NCBI RefSeq assembly: GCF_024521635.1
Contig: NW_026250414.1
Span: forward strand, 124,001 to 188,000
Reading direction: 5' to 3'
DNA from: Tricharina praecox
Lineage: Eukaryota
DNA: 64,000 nucleotides
Positions within the stretch are counted from its first letter, which is position 1, and every line of letters begins with the position of its first letter. The notes under the pieces were generated by a model. That model saw only the letters and a list, made by a program, of their open reading frames with translations. It was not told the origin of the DNA and made no database searches. A program made the translations under genes and the position numbers. This document shows positions 1-13,953 of this stretch, one piece after another.

Positions 1-1812
1 TGCCGGCGTGTGTGGCGTCGCACTATATTGCGATGCAAGGACGTGAGTGGAGGAGGCTTGCTCATGTCGTGCCCATTCTTCGGCGCTAGCTTCCACCCTC
101 GCTTTGTGTTCCTCTTCTGCCGTTGCAGCTGCAGTTGCGGCACCCCACCAATGCGCCGCTACTACCGCCTCCGCCGCAACGGTGTCGGTGGTCGAAAGCG
201 CGGGGGCCACTTCGGCGATGCCATGTTCGGGAGGGAACGCTTGCGCCCATGCCGCCGCTCGGTGGTGATCGTACTCGTCGACGGGGTGCGAGAAGGAAGA
301 GTGCCGCGACTGTTGGACGAAGACGGCCTCGGTTGGGTCGCTGCTCCGTCGAACGGCGTACTGCTCAGCAGTGTTGGCCTCGGTGGAGGTTTCGTGGATC
401 GTATTGCTGTGGAGGGATGAGGACATGCTGTGTGATCTCGATGCGATTCCCGTGTTGAAGGCATATTGCGTGTGCAGGCCGTCGGCAGATAAACCATCGT
501 TCATATAGTGGTGCGGGTTGTTGTTGTCGTTATTGCCGTTGTCGTGGTGCTGGTGCTGGTGGTTGTGGTGGTGCGCCCCCGCACCGTTGCTACCACAATA
601 CCGGGGAGTATTGGAGGTGGCGGTGGTGACAATCATGTGAGAGAGATCGTTGTTCTGGGTCGTGCCAGCTTCGCGAATGATTTCTTCCAGCTCGCCTGGT
701 GTCAAGGAAGACTCGGAGAGTAGACGATGCTGGGACGCACGGTGGTGACAGTCTTCCATGCTTTTGAACGGCCGCAGCTCGTTGACGAGAGATCGACGCA
801 CCGAAGAGAGATCCCGGCTTTGTCGACGGTGGACTCGTTTCTGGACGGTGATGGCTAAGGGATCACGGTGAAAGGGGGTTGCTTTTGGTTTCGTCGTGAT
901 GGCGGTTGAAGATGATTCAAGGTAGTAGTCTATTGGGGGTGAGGGTGGAATTCTCGAGGGGGTGGTGGGATTGGGAGTGGTGGTGGTAGTGGATCGAGTG
1001 GACGAAGGCACGGAGGCTAGTAGCGGCAGTGGGAAGTGTTTGGTGCCGTTGCGGCTACTATTGCTGATCGACTGCTGCTGCTGCTGCTGATAGCGGATGT
1101 GGATGTGCTGGTGCTGCTGGCGTCGATGCAGCTGGCGGTGGTGTGGTGCGGCGGCGGGCGTTGGGATGAGGGTACCGGGCTCAGTGGCACTACTGTAGAA
1201 TAATCCACGGTTCCCTTGGGTGGTAGTAGTGGTGGTAGCAGTGGTGTGCAGGAGGTGCGTGTGTCTGGGTCTCTTTGAATATCGGATTGGGTACTCTCTC
1301 TCTACTGACTGCTGATACTCATCGGCGGCGACGGACTGGTCCAACCGACCGTCCTTATAGCCTTCCTGTATCTGTGCTACCGAACCCATGCATTCAACAA
1401 CGGGCGACATTTTTACGACGGCTTCCTGATGGGGAGGGGACCAAGGCGATCCGCCTCGATACCGTGCATTGGGATCTTCGGCAAGGTTGAGGGAAAGATG
1501 AGCTGCAGGGCATGCTGGCGACGGAGGAGAGGAAGACGGAGAGGCAGGAGCAGGAGAAGGAGGAGAAGGAGGAGGGTGAGTAGGATATGGCGAAAGATTA
1601 ACGTTGGCGAGCAGAGACATCGAACGCGAAGGGGAAGAGGGCTGCGTAGCAAACGTATGCACGGGATTGGACGAGGACGAGGTTAGACTCATTGGACGCC
1701 CAGCCGCTGTGGCGCTTGACGTAACGTGCCCTCTGTGGGTACTGAAGCCATGCTGATTATTGCTGGTGGTGGTGGTGGTTGTGTTGGTGGTGGTGAAGGG
1801 TGTGGTGGCCAT
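1..1812 (-). CDS. N-terminal part (>=604 aa) of a low-complexity S/T/P/H/Q-rich protein; continues beyond the left window edge; function unknown
   Basis: Manual translation finds no stop from ATG 1812 to base 1, with an in-frame upstream stop at 1903-1905. Reads MATTPFTTTNTTTTTSNNQHGFSTHR...SESSLTPGELEEIIREAG...AAHWWGAATAAATAEEEHKARVEASAEEWARHEQ. Absent from the ORF track, probably because it has no stop codon in the window. Confidence 0.75.
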   Translation of the reverse strand, partial: MATTPFTTTNTTTTTTSNNQHGFSTHRGHVTSSATAAGRPMSLTSSSSNPVHTFATQPSSPSRSMSLLANVNLSPYPTHPPPSPPSPAPASPSSSPPSPACPAAHLSLNLAEDPNARYRGGSPWSPPHQEAVVKMSPVVECMGSVAQIQEGYKDGRLDQSVAADEYQQSVEREYPIRYSKRPRHTHLLHTTATTTTTTQGNRGLFYSSATEPGTLIPTPAAAPHHRQLHRRQQHQHIHIRYQQQQQQSISNSSRNGTKHFPLPLLASVPSSTRSTTTTTPNPTTPSRIPPSPPIDYYLESSSTAITTKPKATPFHRDPLAITVQKRVHRRQSRDLSSVRRSLVNELRPFKSMEDCHHRASQHRLLSESSLTPGELEEIIREAGTTQNNDLSHMIVTTATSNTPRYCGSNGAGAHHHNHQHQHHDNGNNDNNNPHHYMNDGLSADGLHTQYAFNTGIASRSHSMSSSLHSNTIHETSTEANTAEQYAVRRSSDPTEAVFVQQSRHSSFSHPVDEYDHHRAAAWAQAFPPEHGIAEVAPALSTTDTVAAEAVVAAHWWGAATAAATAEEEHKARVEASAEEWARHEQASSTHVLASQYSATPHTPA

Positions 1813-2034
1813 GGGAGAAAGCGGGAGGCGGGATTGCAGGTGCGGGCCTGGCAATCCTGATTTCAATCTGGAGGATCCAGAACTTGTACCCCCTTAGTCT
1901 GTATTAATCAGGCGTCGGTGGTCGTCGTCGAGCGTGGTACAAGTGTCGGACGGGATGATGACGAGAAGAAGGATCGATGTCTGGTTCTACGGCCACGGGA
2001 GGGGATTGATGCACACGGGGGAGGGGGGTATGAG

Positions 2035-2150
2035 AAGGGGAAGGGGAAGGAGACGGAGGAGCTGGAGAAGGAGAAGGAGAAGGAGAAGGAGAAGGAGAAG
2101 GAGAAGGGGATGAGGATGAAGACGAGGACGAGGACGAAGACTAAGACTAG
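2035..2150. repeat. (GAGAAG)n / (GAGGAC)n purine microsatellite
   Basis: Direct reading: gagaaggagaaggagaag... then gacgaggacgag. Confidence 0.9.
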
Positions 2151-4239
2151 GACGATTATCAGGATTCAGGATGAGGTGAGCATTGGGGAAAGTTAGCATG
2201 ACCGACCGTCACTGCAGCAGCAGCAGTGGCAGCAGCAGTGGCAGAAGCTAGTACAGCCCGTTTGCTGCTATACCGTTGGAAGGGGGAGAGCATTGAGCAT
2301 GTATGTAGCACCAAGGTCGTGGCTGCTGCTAGTAGAATGGATGCTGGTAGAGTGGATGCTGGTCAAAAAGTGGACCCCCCAGCAGCAGCAGCAGCAGTTG
2401 TGCACCGCAGCCCTGGCACCAGAAGCACCAGCACCAGCCCGAAGGCACGGCGAATATCGGAGGCCAGCCAGCCAGCCAGCTGCCAGCCTGTCTCCGTTTT
2501 CGGCGGCGGCGGCGGCGGCGGCGGCGGCGTGATGTCGCTCTGCCACGCCGGTCGTCGAAAGTGTGCAGTTATTAGTGAGTATCGGCCTCGCCCTCGCCTG
2601 ATGATGTCTGCCCCCGGGCGTCTCACCGGCGCCGCTCGTTGCTTTTTCCTCCGTCCCGGTTCGGACCGTAGTAACTAGTACCTACTACGTAGCCCAGAGC
2701 CAGTCTGAGACTCTACTCACTTCACTTCGCGCGGGTAGGTAGGAAGCTCTCAAGCCTCTTTGAGTGTGCTCTCAGACACCACCGAGACTGCGGGGTACGG
2801 TACGCAGGCATGCAGGCAGGCTGGCAGTTGAACTATTTCCTACATACAGACATACATAGCTGCCTTCCAGCACGAACGGATAATGCACGCCTCTCCCGCT
2901 GCAGTTGTCGCAGCAGCGGTTGTTGTTGTTTTGTTGTTGTTTTGTTGTTATTTTGGTTGTTGTGCTGTTGTGGTTGTTGTTATTCTTGTTAGTTATCATT
3001 GTTGTTGTTACCTATTCCTGTTGGATCGGAACGAAACCTCTCTCTCTCGCTCTCTCTCTCGCAAGGTCCGAATGATCATTGGCCTCCGGCTTCCTAGTAT
3101 ACCATCAGCAGCAGCGAGCCTGCTGACGATTATGGCGGGCCGGGATGGAGACAACAATATCGATGGGGGGTGGGGAACCCAGGTGAGTTCGGGAGATCGC
3201 TCCAGCTCTGGAAGGAAAAACCAAAAATAAAACAAAATCAACACAAAAGAAAAGAAAAGAAACCAAAAAAAGGAAAGAAACACCGCCCGAAACAAAAGAA
3301 ACGAGAAAAAGCACTCTCAAACCTCTTATCATTAGGGGACTAGTAGAGTTGACTCTAACTAGAGCATCTAAACTAAACTACCCGCTTTCCACTAACAACT
3401 AGACTAACCATAGAACCACACTAACTAGAATACTACCTAGCGGTGTATGATATGATGTAGGGGGATTTGGTATGGTCGTGTGCACACCGACTCCCGAGTC
3501 CCTCTCTCACTCTCTTGGAGAACCGTACCGAACAAAGAAAAACAAAACAAAAAGGCGGAACAGAGAAGTTACCACACAGCACAATACCACTAATAGAATA
3601 GAGTAGTCCTCGACTCCTCGGAAGGCAGCCAATCATCGCTAGTTCGTTCGTTAAGTAAGTCCCGTAGTCACTAGTCCTGGATGCTTACCACTCTCCAGTG
3701 TCCAGTGCCAGCCCCCAGCCTCCAGGTCAGGCTTCAACACACTCGGAGCCCGAGTCTGAGCCGGAGCCGGAGTCCGGAGCCCCAGGAACTCCACTGTCTC
3801 AACTGTCTCCTTGATGATCTATTTCCAGCACTGACGCCGCCGTTCGCCCGTTGGACTTACCCGAGTACTGGAGTACTACTACTGCTACTACTCCTGCTGG
3901 TGGTAGTGGTACTGCCAGTACTGCTCTGCCGAGGACGTGGGGGTCATTAGGCTGGCCGGCAGGTAGACAGGCACCTGGCAGGCAGGCAGATAGGCAGTTT
4001 ATTTATTCATGCTGGTGATGTGGGGAAAGATGAACGAGTGACGAGTGACGAGTGACCCCGGCCGTAATCAACACTGGTGTAGATATCGATATCGATACCG
4101 GTATCGGTATCGGTATCTAACGAACTCCACTACACAGCGGCATGGCTATCTCATACCCATTATCGTTTGTCCTTTGACATTTTGATCCAGAAGAGATATT
4201 CCCCGGATCAACCAGAGTAGACATATCATACAGGAGCCC

Positions 4240-4360
4240 AGACAAGACAAAACAAAACAAAACAAAACAAAACAAAACAAAAAACAAAAACAAAAACAAA
4301 AACAAGACATTCCCGAGTTTCTTCTTGCACCAGCACCAGCACCAGCACCAGCACCAGCAT
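4240..4360. repeat. (ACAAA)n followed by (GCACCA)n microsatellites
   Basis: Direct reading of the tandem units. Confidence 0.9.
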
Positions 4361-6686
4361 TCCTCGGAGGAGGGGCGGGGCGGGGGAAGGGAGAGGAGAG
4401 GACAGAAGAGAAGAGGAACACTTTTCATGTTTCGAAAAAGTTTCGAAAGAAATCCATCCAGATGGGAGACTGGGTCCCCGCCGCCCGGCCGGAAGGATCC
4501 CGATATCTTCCTACAATCTTTCTCCTCCGCTCCACATCCGTGCGACCTCACCTACAGAGATATCTGATCGAACGATCCAGGCGGTCGTGGCTGGTGGGTT
4601 TAGTTATGGTTATGTGACTTTGAGAAAGAAAAAAAGAAAGAAAAGAGAGAAGGAATAGCCACGACGCCACGACGCCGCCGTGAGGAAACCACAAACATCA
4701 CCGTACGGATGTACAAATAACTTCCAGCTTCTAGATAACTTTAATCTTAAAACCCACCATCGCTTTCCCATTCAACGTTGTGAGCTCAGTTTTCGGATCG
4801 TCAACGCTCGCTGCGCAGCCAGCAGCCAACAGCCAACAGCAGCAGGAGCAGCAGCATCGGCGGCATAATCACAAACGTCCCGCGTGTTCGCTTCGGCTAT
4901 ATGCGAGACGAGGCCAGGCGAGTTAAACCCCAGTGGCCGCTGCAGCTGAGGGAGGCGATTGGATTGGATTGGACAGGATTGGGCGGTGGAGGGGGCAGTG
5001 GAGGGGGCAGGCTCTGGAATTTCTTGCTTGCTTTGCTTGATGTCTCTCCTGCCTGCTGTGCGAGTACTGCGGTGGAGGATGTAGGCACTTTTTTTTTTAA
5101 CTCACGTATGATATGTACGTGCTAGTTTCAGAAACCACACTTCAACCGTCCTGCAGTGGGCAGCTGCCAGTGTGGGACGGTGGGACCTGGGTGGTCACTG
5201 GTGCGAGGAATGGAATGGAAGGGAATTCCCAGTGGGCGCCACGGCCTACGGGGATTTACATGAGTACATTTCCTGGTCACGTAAGCCGATAGAATAGTAG
5301 CGGGGTTCCCGCCGCCGTCCGGTGTGTAGGAGCAAGTGCTGGTGTATACTTAGCAAGTATTATGACCATCGACGTCTCCAGTGTCCACCATGTCGAGATC
5401 ACCCGCCGCCTCACCTCGCCTCGCCGCCTCGCCGCCTCGCCGCCGCACCGCCGCACCACCACTAGCCGTCCCTTGCCCGTGGAGGAGCATGGGCAAATGC
5501 AAATGCGCATCCCGATTCCGCAGCCACCTTACCCATCCTATCCATCCTACCCAGTAGTCCAGTAGTTTACCCAGTGTACCCAGTGTACCCAGTAGTTTAC
5601 CCAGTGCCCCCCCCCCCCCAGGTAGGCGCAAGTCCCAACACATCGACCGTCCAAAAGCGGATGTCTCAACCACTCTCTGGCTCCCGATTCGGTCGCGCCA
5701 GGACGCGACAGGTCGCGACAGGGCGCCCGGAACGGACAAGTGCACATCGAAGCGGTAATTTTGTCCCTGATCTACTTGTCTAACCCCTTCCCACCACCAC
5801 CCCAGCCAGCCAGTAATATCCGGACTACAGAAAATACATACAAGAGTGGAGTGGAGGTTGGACTGGACTCGACTGGACTGGTCGCTGGCTGGCCAGGGGT
5901 GGCGAGGGACGGGGAGGGACGGGGAGGGACGGGGAGGGACGGGGCGGGTATGTAGAGTAGAGTAGAGTAGGGGCGAGACGAGAGAGAGAGATGATGGGAA
6001 AGAGAGAAAGAGAGAAAGAGAGACATTCGGGTAACGACAGCGGTCAGTTATAAAAAGTAAGATTGCCCTGGCGAAGAATGAAAAAAGAAGGAAAAAGAAA
6101 AGAAAAACACACTTTTTGTACAGTACGGTACAATACTTGTGCTCGCCGTGTTCGACCGAGCAGCAGCTACGGCCTGCGGCCTGCGGCGTTCACACACGTA
6201 GACTCTAGAGTACTCTTGGGATATACATACGGAAATATATCCCACGCGAGAGGCGACGCGAAACTCGAGAGTTGAGATGGCACACTCATAAAGGAATTGG
6301 AGGGGCCCGGGGGAAAAGATAAACGGAAAGGAAGGGAGGAAATGGGGTGTGTGGAATGGGGTCCAGTGTATGCATATTTACATGTGATGCACCCTTCCGT
6401 GAGGGAATTGCCATCTTGCACTTTGCCATGGGCCGTACAGCGGGGGCAGCCACGGGGAACAGGAGGATGAAAATCCTGCCGCAGGTCGTGATGGTAAATT
6501 CGTGGAGACGACGACGGCGGCGGCGGTGTGACGGAGCGATGAAGGAGCCGTCGGCGAGAGGAGCAAGTGAACGAGGACTCTGTCGGCGGGAGGAAACGGA
6601 TGTGGTTAGTATGTAGTGGGCATCAACGTTGGCTGGCATGGCGGGGTCTTCTTCTTCTCTTCTTCTTCCTCTTGCTTGATCATCAT

Positions 6687-6773
6687 CTACAGAATAGACG
6701 GTCAACCTCTACCTCCTCTCTCTCTCTCTCATCGCCTACAGAATAGACGATCAACCTCTACCTCGTCTCTCTC
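6687..6773. repeat. Tandem duplication, 49-nt period
   Basis: ctacagaatagacgRtcaacctctacctcStctctctc at 6687 and 6736. Confidence 0.85.
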
Positions 6774-9700
6774 CTTGTGTGTTCTCCTCCTCTCGATCCG
6801 CTTCCCGGCCTGGAGAGGCATTGGCGAAACTCGCAAAAATGGTGGTCGCAACGGACGGGTGCATCATGCGCTGCAGCGCTGCAGTGCTGTGCGGATATCC
6901 ACCGCAGAAGGACGAACACGTGCCCGATGCAAGACGCGTTTGCCGGGCCAACTTGTGCGGATGCTTGGAGGGTGAGGAATCTTGCCGCCAACAAACACGT
7001 CCTGACCGCGCCGGGCTCGAAGGGGAACAACAGAGTCCAAATGGGTGAGGATTACTCTGCTTTAGCGTGGTTGTTCGAGATCAATCGGAGGAAGGGTGAT
7101 CTGAATGGGAAGGGAAGCGAAGGGACGGACGGCAAGAAGAAGCAAAATCCTCAGCAGCGATCCTTGGTTGGTCACTTGCAACCTCCTATCACCTTCCCCC
7201 TCTCTCTCCTCCCCACTCAAGTAAGAAATAGGTAACTTCTCACCCCCCCCCCCCCCCCCCCCCCTCGGCTACATACCTCCTAACCTAATATTACTTACAT
7301 CTTTTACTTCTTCTTACTGACTCTAGCCTCCAACAGAAACATGGCCTATCCCGTAAGAACAATCGACCAGACCAAACCAGACCGCGCCAACTAACCAAGC
7401 ATTCTGTGAGTTGGATAGAGCTGCCGCACGCTGTCTCAGTTCGCTCCATGTTCCAGAGATGCTTATGTGCTCGTTAGCTATCTCGGATGACCGTCTATCT
7501 TAGCAGCGGCAGCAGCCAGCAGAGGGTGATTGTTCATTCATGCTCACTAGTAACGGCATGGCATGGAAGCTGCAGTGCAGCCGTCCACCCACCCACGCAC
7601 CCACCAACCAACCCACATATATGCTACAGCGCGCGATGGAAAAAGTGACTGGCGTCGGAACGATCTGGTTCATGTTTTTCAGTGCATTGGCGCGGCGACG
7701 GGGATCCGCTACTAAGTACTTGGTTACAACTTAACTTACCTGTCATTTGCCGAACATCGTCGCAGGGAAGAAGGAAGAGTGCGGCCCACCCAAGCCTGTC
7801 AGGAATCTGTGATTTCCCACATCCCCTCCCAATGATGGCCTCCCCCATGATGCCCCCTCGAGGCTATCCGTGGCCTACGCTCCTCCCGAATCTTGGAGGA
7901 TCGAGTCCAGCACAGCAGGCACTGGTGCGATTTACCGCCGTGCGCGGGATGGCGTCACTACATACGAAAAAATCAACTCCCCGTTCGTGCGGTGCCTGCG
8001 GTACATACAATACGGTGCGTGCGGTACTGACTCATGAGGCGGTGGGGTGGGGGGTGGGCTGATGTGCGGGGCTGATGGCCCATGGGCGATGGATGGATGC
8101 GATATACCCTAGTCGGAGTGCCGGCATGTCACATCCAGACTATGTGGATCTGCTCCACTTGCGATTAGTTAGCCCAGCCCAGCACTCCCTAACTACCGAG
8201 TTGTTGGTGCGCATCGAGCGAGTAGGTACTATACATAACCCCATAAGTACACGTACCGCTACAAGCAGAAGAACTCTAAAACAAGAACATGGCATTGGCA
8301 AGAGTCAAAACGCGAGAAAGCAGCATCGAGAGTCGAGATGCACGGTCAGCAAAAAATGCAAAAACATGCGTGCTCAAAGTCACGTACCGTACACATCAGC
8401 GCGCAAAAAAAAGCTATTTGCAACTTGCAAGCCGTCACGCGGTATAAATACCTACACAGACTACAGACTTTACTTGCTTAGCGTGGAAAAGAGAGACCCG
8501 CTTTGCAGCGGAGGTATGTATGCACGGCACATATCCATCTATCATACCGTGCCATTATCGATCGAGGCGCCACGAGACGAGATGAGACGGACGCAGTTAT
8601 CTGATCCTCTCGGACATGATTGGGGGGGTGGCGCCTGCTCGGTGCACGTAGCGACGTGTACATCACCTGAGCAAGTACATACTTCTTACTTACTTGCCTA
8701 TGGGTTCGTCTGTGCACGATTACTACGACTACCTACTCTACTTACCTACAGTCAGTGGCCGCAATCGGCAGCTCCGCGAATCGCACCTGTGGAGGGGGAG
8801 CGACGGGCCGTCCGATCCGACAGTTCGGTCGGCGCCGGGATAGGGCCGGGGACAGGACAAGGCCGGGGCCCCCGCCCCCGCCCCCGTTATTAGTAAACGG
8901 AAAGTCCGTCGTGGGTTGAGAACCAGGAAGCAGAGCCGAGCGGGAGGTGCCGACCGCATGTCGAGCCGAGTCTTGCACGATACCTACATGGCCTGGCTTA
9001 TAGGGTAGGTACTTACTTACTTACCTGTCAAACAGCGTCTAACGCGGTGGTGCGTGGGTTAGGTACTGCATGCGCTGTCACGCTCGTCGAATCGAGGAGA
9101 ACGCCCGCTCTGGATGGATGGTTGGAGATTCCCCCTCCCCCCTCGACACCCATTGAGGAAGGAGCAGGAGGACGAGGAGGAGAAGGAGGGAATTCGACTT
9201 GGAGTCTCCCCTCCCCTTCCACCCGCCTGCCCCCCGTCGGATACGTTTGAGTGCAGACTTATTCATACCATACAGATACCGATTGAGCAACGTCGAGTCG
9301 GTGCTATGTACTCACTCATCCACAGAGTTCTGGACGGATGTGGGTAGTTGGTTATGTACTCCACTATCCGATGAGGCAGAAATTGGCGGCGTGCAGGCAT
9401 GGCAATGACAGCTCTTTCCGTACGAACGATACGCTCGTTAATCCTGAGACTGAGACTTGCTTGCATGACCGAAGTGGGAGAGGAGCACAATAACTGGAGC
9501 AAAAACGGCCGCAAGAAAGCAAGATTGGTGCAAACGTCTCTGAGGATTGATGGCAAGAGTCGAGAGAATGTCGTCCAGCCGACTCACGCGGGAGTGAGAG
9601 AGGAGGGCTCTTCCGCCACCGGATCAGCAGTGGCGAGGGCCATAGGAATTGCTCAGCTGGTCCGGTCCGCTGATAGCGGGAGATTTCGGACTTCAAGAGG

Positions 9701-12700
9701 CGGGAAAAGGAGGAGGACCTCAGAGCTCCCCCCCATCCCACAGGAACATATATCCTAGCACACGGGGGAGAGATACACAGCACGTGAAAGTGGATCAGAG
9801 AGTAGGTGCATGGCGGCTGGGTGGTGTCCGTGAGTGGTTGAAATCTTTCATGGAAGAGCCCTGAAGAATATACGGTTATGTCCGCGCTGCCAAGCAGGCT
9901 CGTCGCCGTCTCTCCCCCCCTCTTCAAGTGTATGTTGGTGTTTCTCGAGCCCCCCGACATACCTACTTGGGTATCGTCACGAGTGCTCGATTGGTAAATG
10001 CATGCGCACTCGGATTTCAGGGAGGGGGAGGCTCTTCAAACTGGCTCCAAACCCATAACTGTTTCATCATCGTGGGGCACGCACTAGTAGGTAAGTAGCC
10101 CAGGAACGAGTCGAGTCGAGCACCCCAAAGTCGTTCTTCGTTCCTTCCCGTCGGCCATCCTATGCCGCCTGGTTAGTTCGGTGTTTATATCCAGGTTCTG
10201 TCTCTGAATTCCAGTTCGGTCCTTGAGTCCGGCCTCGCAGGTGGTACGGACTAGAGCTCGAGCACCACCGCCACTGCAATCAGTCCAAGATCTCTGAGAG
10301 GGGAGGGGGGTATCCTCAGAATGGCCCCCTCCCTACTAGTATCGAATATCCTGCTTCTCACCCCCGTCAGAACATGATCAGCGGGCACCGATCCCCCATC
10401 ACGAGCGTTGGATTCTGCTAGTGATGCGAGTGGAGCTATAGCTCTGCAGGCCATAGGAAACGCCGAGATGCGAAAGATAGAGAAATCGGGGGTTTCCTGC
10501 GGTCATATCATCACCCCGTAGATATGCGAGGCAACGCATCCAGATCGAACGAGACGAGGGGCGAGCAGGATAACAACAACAACATCAACAACAACGAGAA
10601 GAACAACAATAACAAGAACAACGAGAAGAACAACAACAACACAACTGCCAGGGCAGTGAGCGATTAAATTAGTCGCGGTTTCCTTCTCGGTCCCCCATCC
10701 TTCACCGTTCATCCTTCCGTCTGCAAGCAGCGGCAAGTCGAAGGGGTGCCATCGTAAAGCACTCCTGCTCCTGACGATGGCTTTGGGTAGCGGCGCCGCG
10801 AGAGTTCGAGTTCCGAGCTGACCAGAACACGCACAGTGTACCCACAGTGGTGTACCCACAGTGATGGTGGTGCACCCACAGTGTGTGCCTGTCAATCTAT
10901 CACCCGCTGTGGTACCCGCATGCCGAGAGCGAGAGGAAGGGTTGCTGGACATATGGCCACGCAATTAGCTACATACTGCAGTTGAGAAGCACCTCCTCAA
11001 GCCTTTACAGCAGCCGCAGCAGCACCAGCAGGATCTACCGGTCTTAGCCATAGCCACGATAAGCATGTGGTTGATTTGTGGGACCACTTATTTTTTTTGT
11101 TCGCGGTCTTTAGGCGAGCAGAGCAGCGCGGGACAGGAGTCATTCTCGCAGTAACAGTAACAGCAACAGCAGATAGGTATGCCCATTCTTCGCCGACGAT
11201 TGAACCTGGCTGGGCATGAGGGGGGCCACGGCCACTGGGAGTCGTTGTCATCCACGCATAAGACTAAACGTTATCGAATCACTCCCGGCACGCATCCATG
11301 TCATTGCCTTCCTGCCTGTCCTCATGCTTGCCCGTTCTTTCCCTATGGAATGCGCCAACTATTCCGATAATATATACTATGATTTGCAGGTAAATCCTCC
11401 TCAGCTATCCTTTCCGCTAGCAGACGCATTGCTCACAAATTCCCCAAGGACGAAAATGCGATATACGGCCCGAACGAGCAGTGATATAGTGCCAATCGGT
11501 GTGATTCCACAGACTATACCACATCGCAAGTATATATCACCGCCTCTCGACCCGTGGCCCAGGAACCGCACTGCGACCCTCCCGCTGTCAGTGCGAACAC
11601 GGATCATGCACTTTTGGAAATTGCTAATTAATACTCTTGTTCCCTTCTGGACGATGATCGAAGCCCCCTGGTATTCACACCTGATACTTTTATTTCTACT
11701 ACCATACCCATCACAAACTTTTGATCGCACTCCGTTCGGAGGAGGAGAAGGAGAACCCACTCATGCTGGCAGCTGGCAGACACGCGGAACGAACTTTACG
11801 CATCTCTCCTCCACCCACGCAGCACACACAGCACACACACACACACACAGCAGCAGTATAACAGTCCTGCGAGCCCATCATGGCCGCGCGTACACCCACA
11901 GCACACAACACAACCCTTTCGTGTCTCCTATCCGTCCATCCATCCATCCAGCACAACACACCGCACCGCACTGCACTGCACTTCCTCCGCTCTCGCCCCT
12001 CGCCCCTCGCACCACCACCACCCACACGAACCCCGTCCCCACCCCATCCCACTCCACCCTTGCAAACTCTGATAACCGCTCACATATCCGATATTAGTAG
12101 GCCCCGTACCATTGCATCAACATCATGCATCCATCTCTTTCCCTCCCTTGACCCTCCCTCCCTCCCTCCCTCGCCTTCAACGGCCTAGTATTTAGCGAAC
12201 GCCGTATCATGTATGTCAATGCGCACCCCGTTTATATTGGAGCGTGGCGGGCATACATAGATGGATCGGCAGAAGAACGTCCGGGTATAATCCACTCTAT
12301 TCCAATTTCCAGATTAATCGGAGTATGATACTTCATGTATGTACCACCTTAACCTACCACCCTAACCTGCTACCCCTCCCGCCCCACCGCCGGCTGTACC
12401 ACGGAGAGCCTATCTTAAGCTTTTGACCAGATGAGTCGCCGCCAGGCTAGTATGTACTGAGACTTGGGGGAGGGGGGGGACTATTCCTGTACTCCCGTGT
12501 GTGCAATGTGTGTGTGTGTATTCGGCTGCCAGCTGATGGGTGATGGCCCTGGGTGATCATCGCAAGGGAGCCTTGCGCTGAATGTTCAACGGGCGGACTG
12601 TACTCGGGGCCTGGTCGCTACCGCCGTTGATGTCCGCCGGCTGCTGCTGTGGTATGTATTATGGATGTATGAATGGATGTATGGATGTATGGATGTATCA

Positions 12701-13849
12701 TGTATGTCGAAGGGTGGTGGTGCGGATCCCCTGGATTAATCATTACACAGTTGACAGTTGTTGGAAGTTGGGTTTGCGGCGTGCGCCCCACTTCTGCACG
12801 GCGGCGGCGGCAGCGGTGGATGGATAGTATATGGATAGAATCTTCATGGATGGATGGATGGATGAATAGATGGATGGATGAAATACGTAGATCCTTCTCG
12901 TCCACTGTCCGACCGAAAGGGAAAGGGCTGGTCCTTGTATGCCTATTCACCAACTAACCGTAGCTAAAGTGTAGTTGGGTGGTGTGCGGCCATTGGACCG
13001 CAGGATTTACGATTCTTCAGGACTTGAAGCTAGGTAGTAAGTAGCTTCCTGATGATCTGATCCGATCGTTTGCATGATGGGTAGTTTGCAATGTGCATGA
13101 TGTGTAGAGTAGTGTGGTGGATGGAGTGTGGTGGATGGAGTGGAGATGCGCACCACCCCTCACACTCACAGTCACGGTCACGGCCACAGCCACACTAGAC
13201 TACTACATGAGCGGGGCGGGGCATCGGAGATTGTGATGAATGGAGAATCGAGAATGGGGGGAGAATGGGGGGGAGCCATCCAGCCCGTTGTGCAGAGCAG
13301 GAGTCAGGACATTGATCGGACCGTTTCCCCGACTCCCCACGCTTGCCGCGCTTCTGGTCTGCGGAGTGCGGACTAGTAGACACCAGAGCCGTGTTCTTGC
13401 TGCTGCTGCTGCTGCTCCTAGCTGCTCCTGTATCGCTCCTCGACTAACAGCTCCACCATGGCCTCCGTCAGCCTTTTTTCTTCCTTTTCCCTTTCGTCTC
13501 GTCGAGACTTTCGAGCTATGTAGGGAGAAGATGGCGGTTTTGTCCAGACTCCAGTGCAGAGTGCAGCGGTACAGAGTTCAGCGAGTGATACTGTGTGCGT
13601 TTCCATCCCGCACGCACGGAAAACTCTTCTCACCACTGTCTTCATGCCACACACATATCTCCCTCCTCCTACTAAGCCTTTCGTTCATCATACCAACCAA
13701 CCACCTCCGCTCGACTTACATACAATACACATAAGAGCATCCATCCAGTTAGTTCCAGTCAAGTTAACTCCAGTTAGCTCCAGCGGGGCCCCGGGCCGTC
13801 CGACAGGCAGGATTCGATTCGAAATTCGATTTCAAAATTCAAAAAGAAA

Positions 13850-13953
13850 CGAGACGAGACGAGACGAGACGAGACGAGACGGGACGGGACGAGACGAGAC
13901 GAGACGAGACGAGACGAGACGAGACGAGACGGGACGGGACGAGACGAGACGAG
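13850..13953. repeat. (GAGAC/GGGAC)n pentamer microsatellite
   Basis: About 20 tandem pentamers read directly. Confidence 0.95.

Noticed and set aside
8075-8893. 272-aa ORF in the gene-poor region
   Set aside because: No recognisable motif, composition typical of translated non-coding DNA, no splice support.
11216-12097. 293-aa ORF in the gene-poor region
   Set aside because: Kept open partly by CA-rich microsatellites; no domain or codon bias evident.
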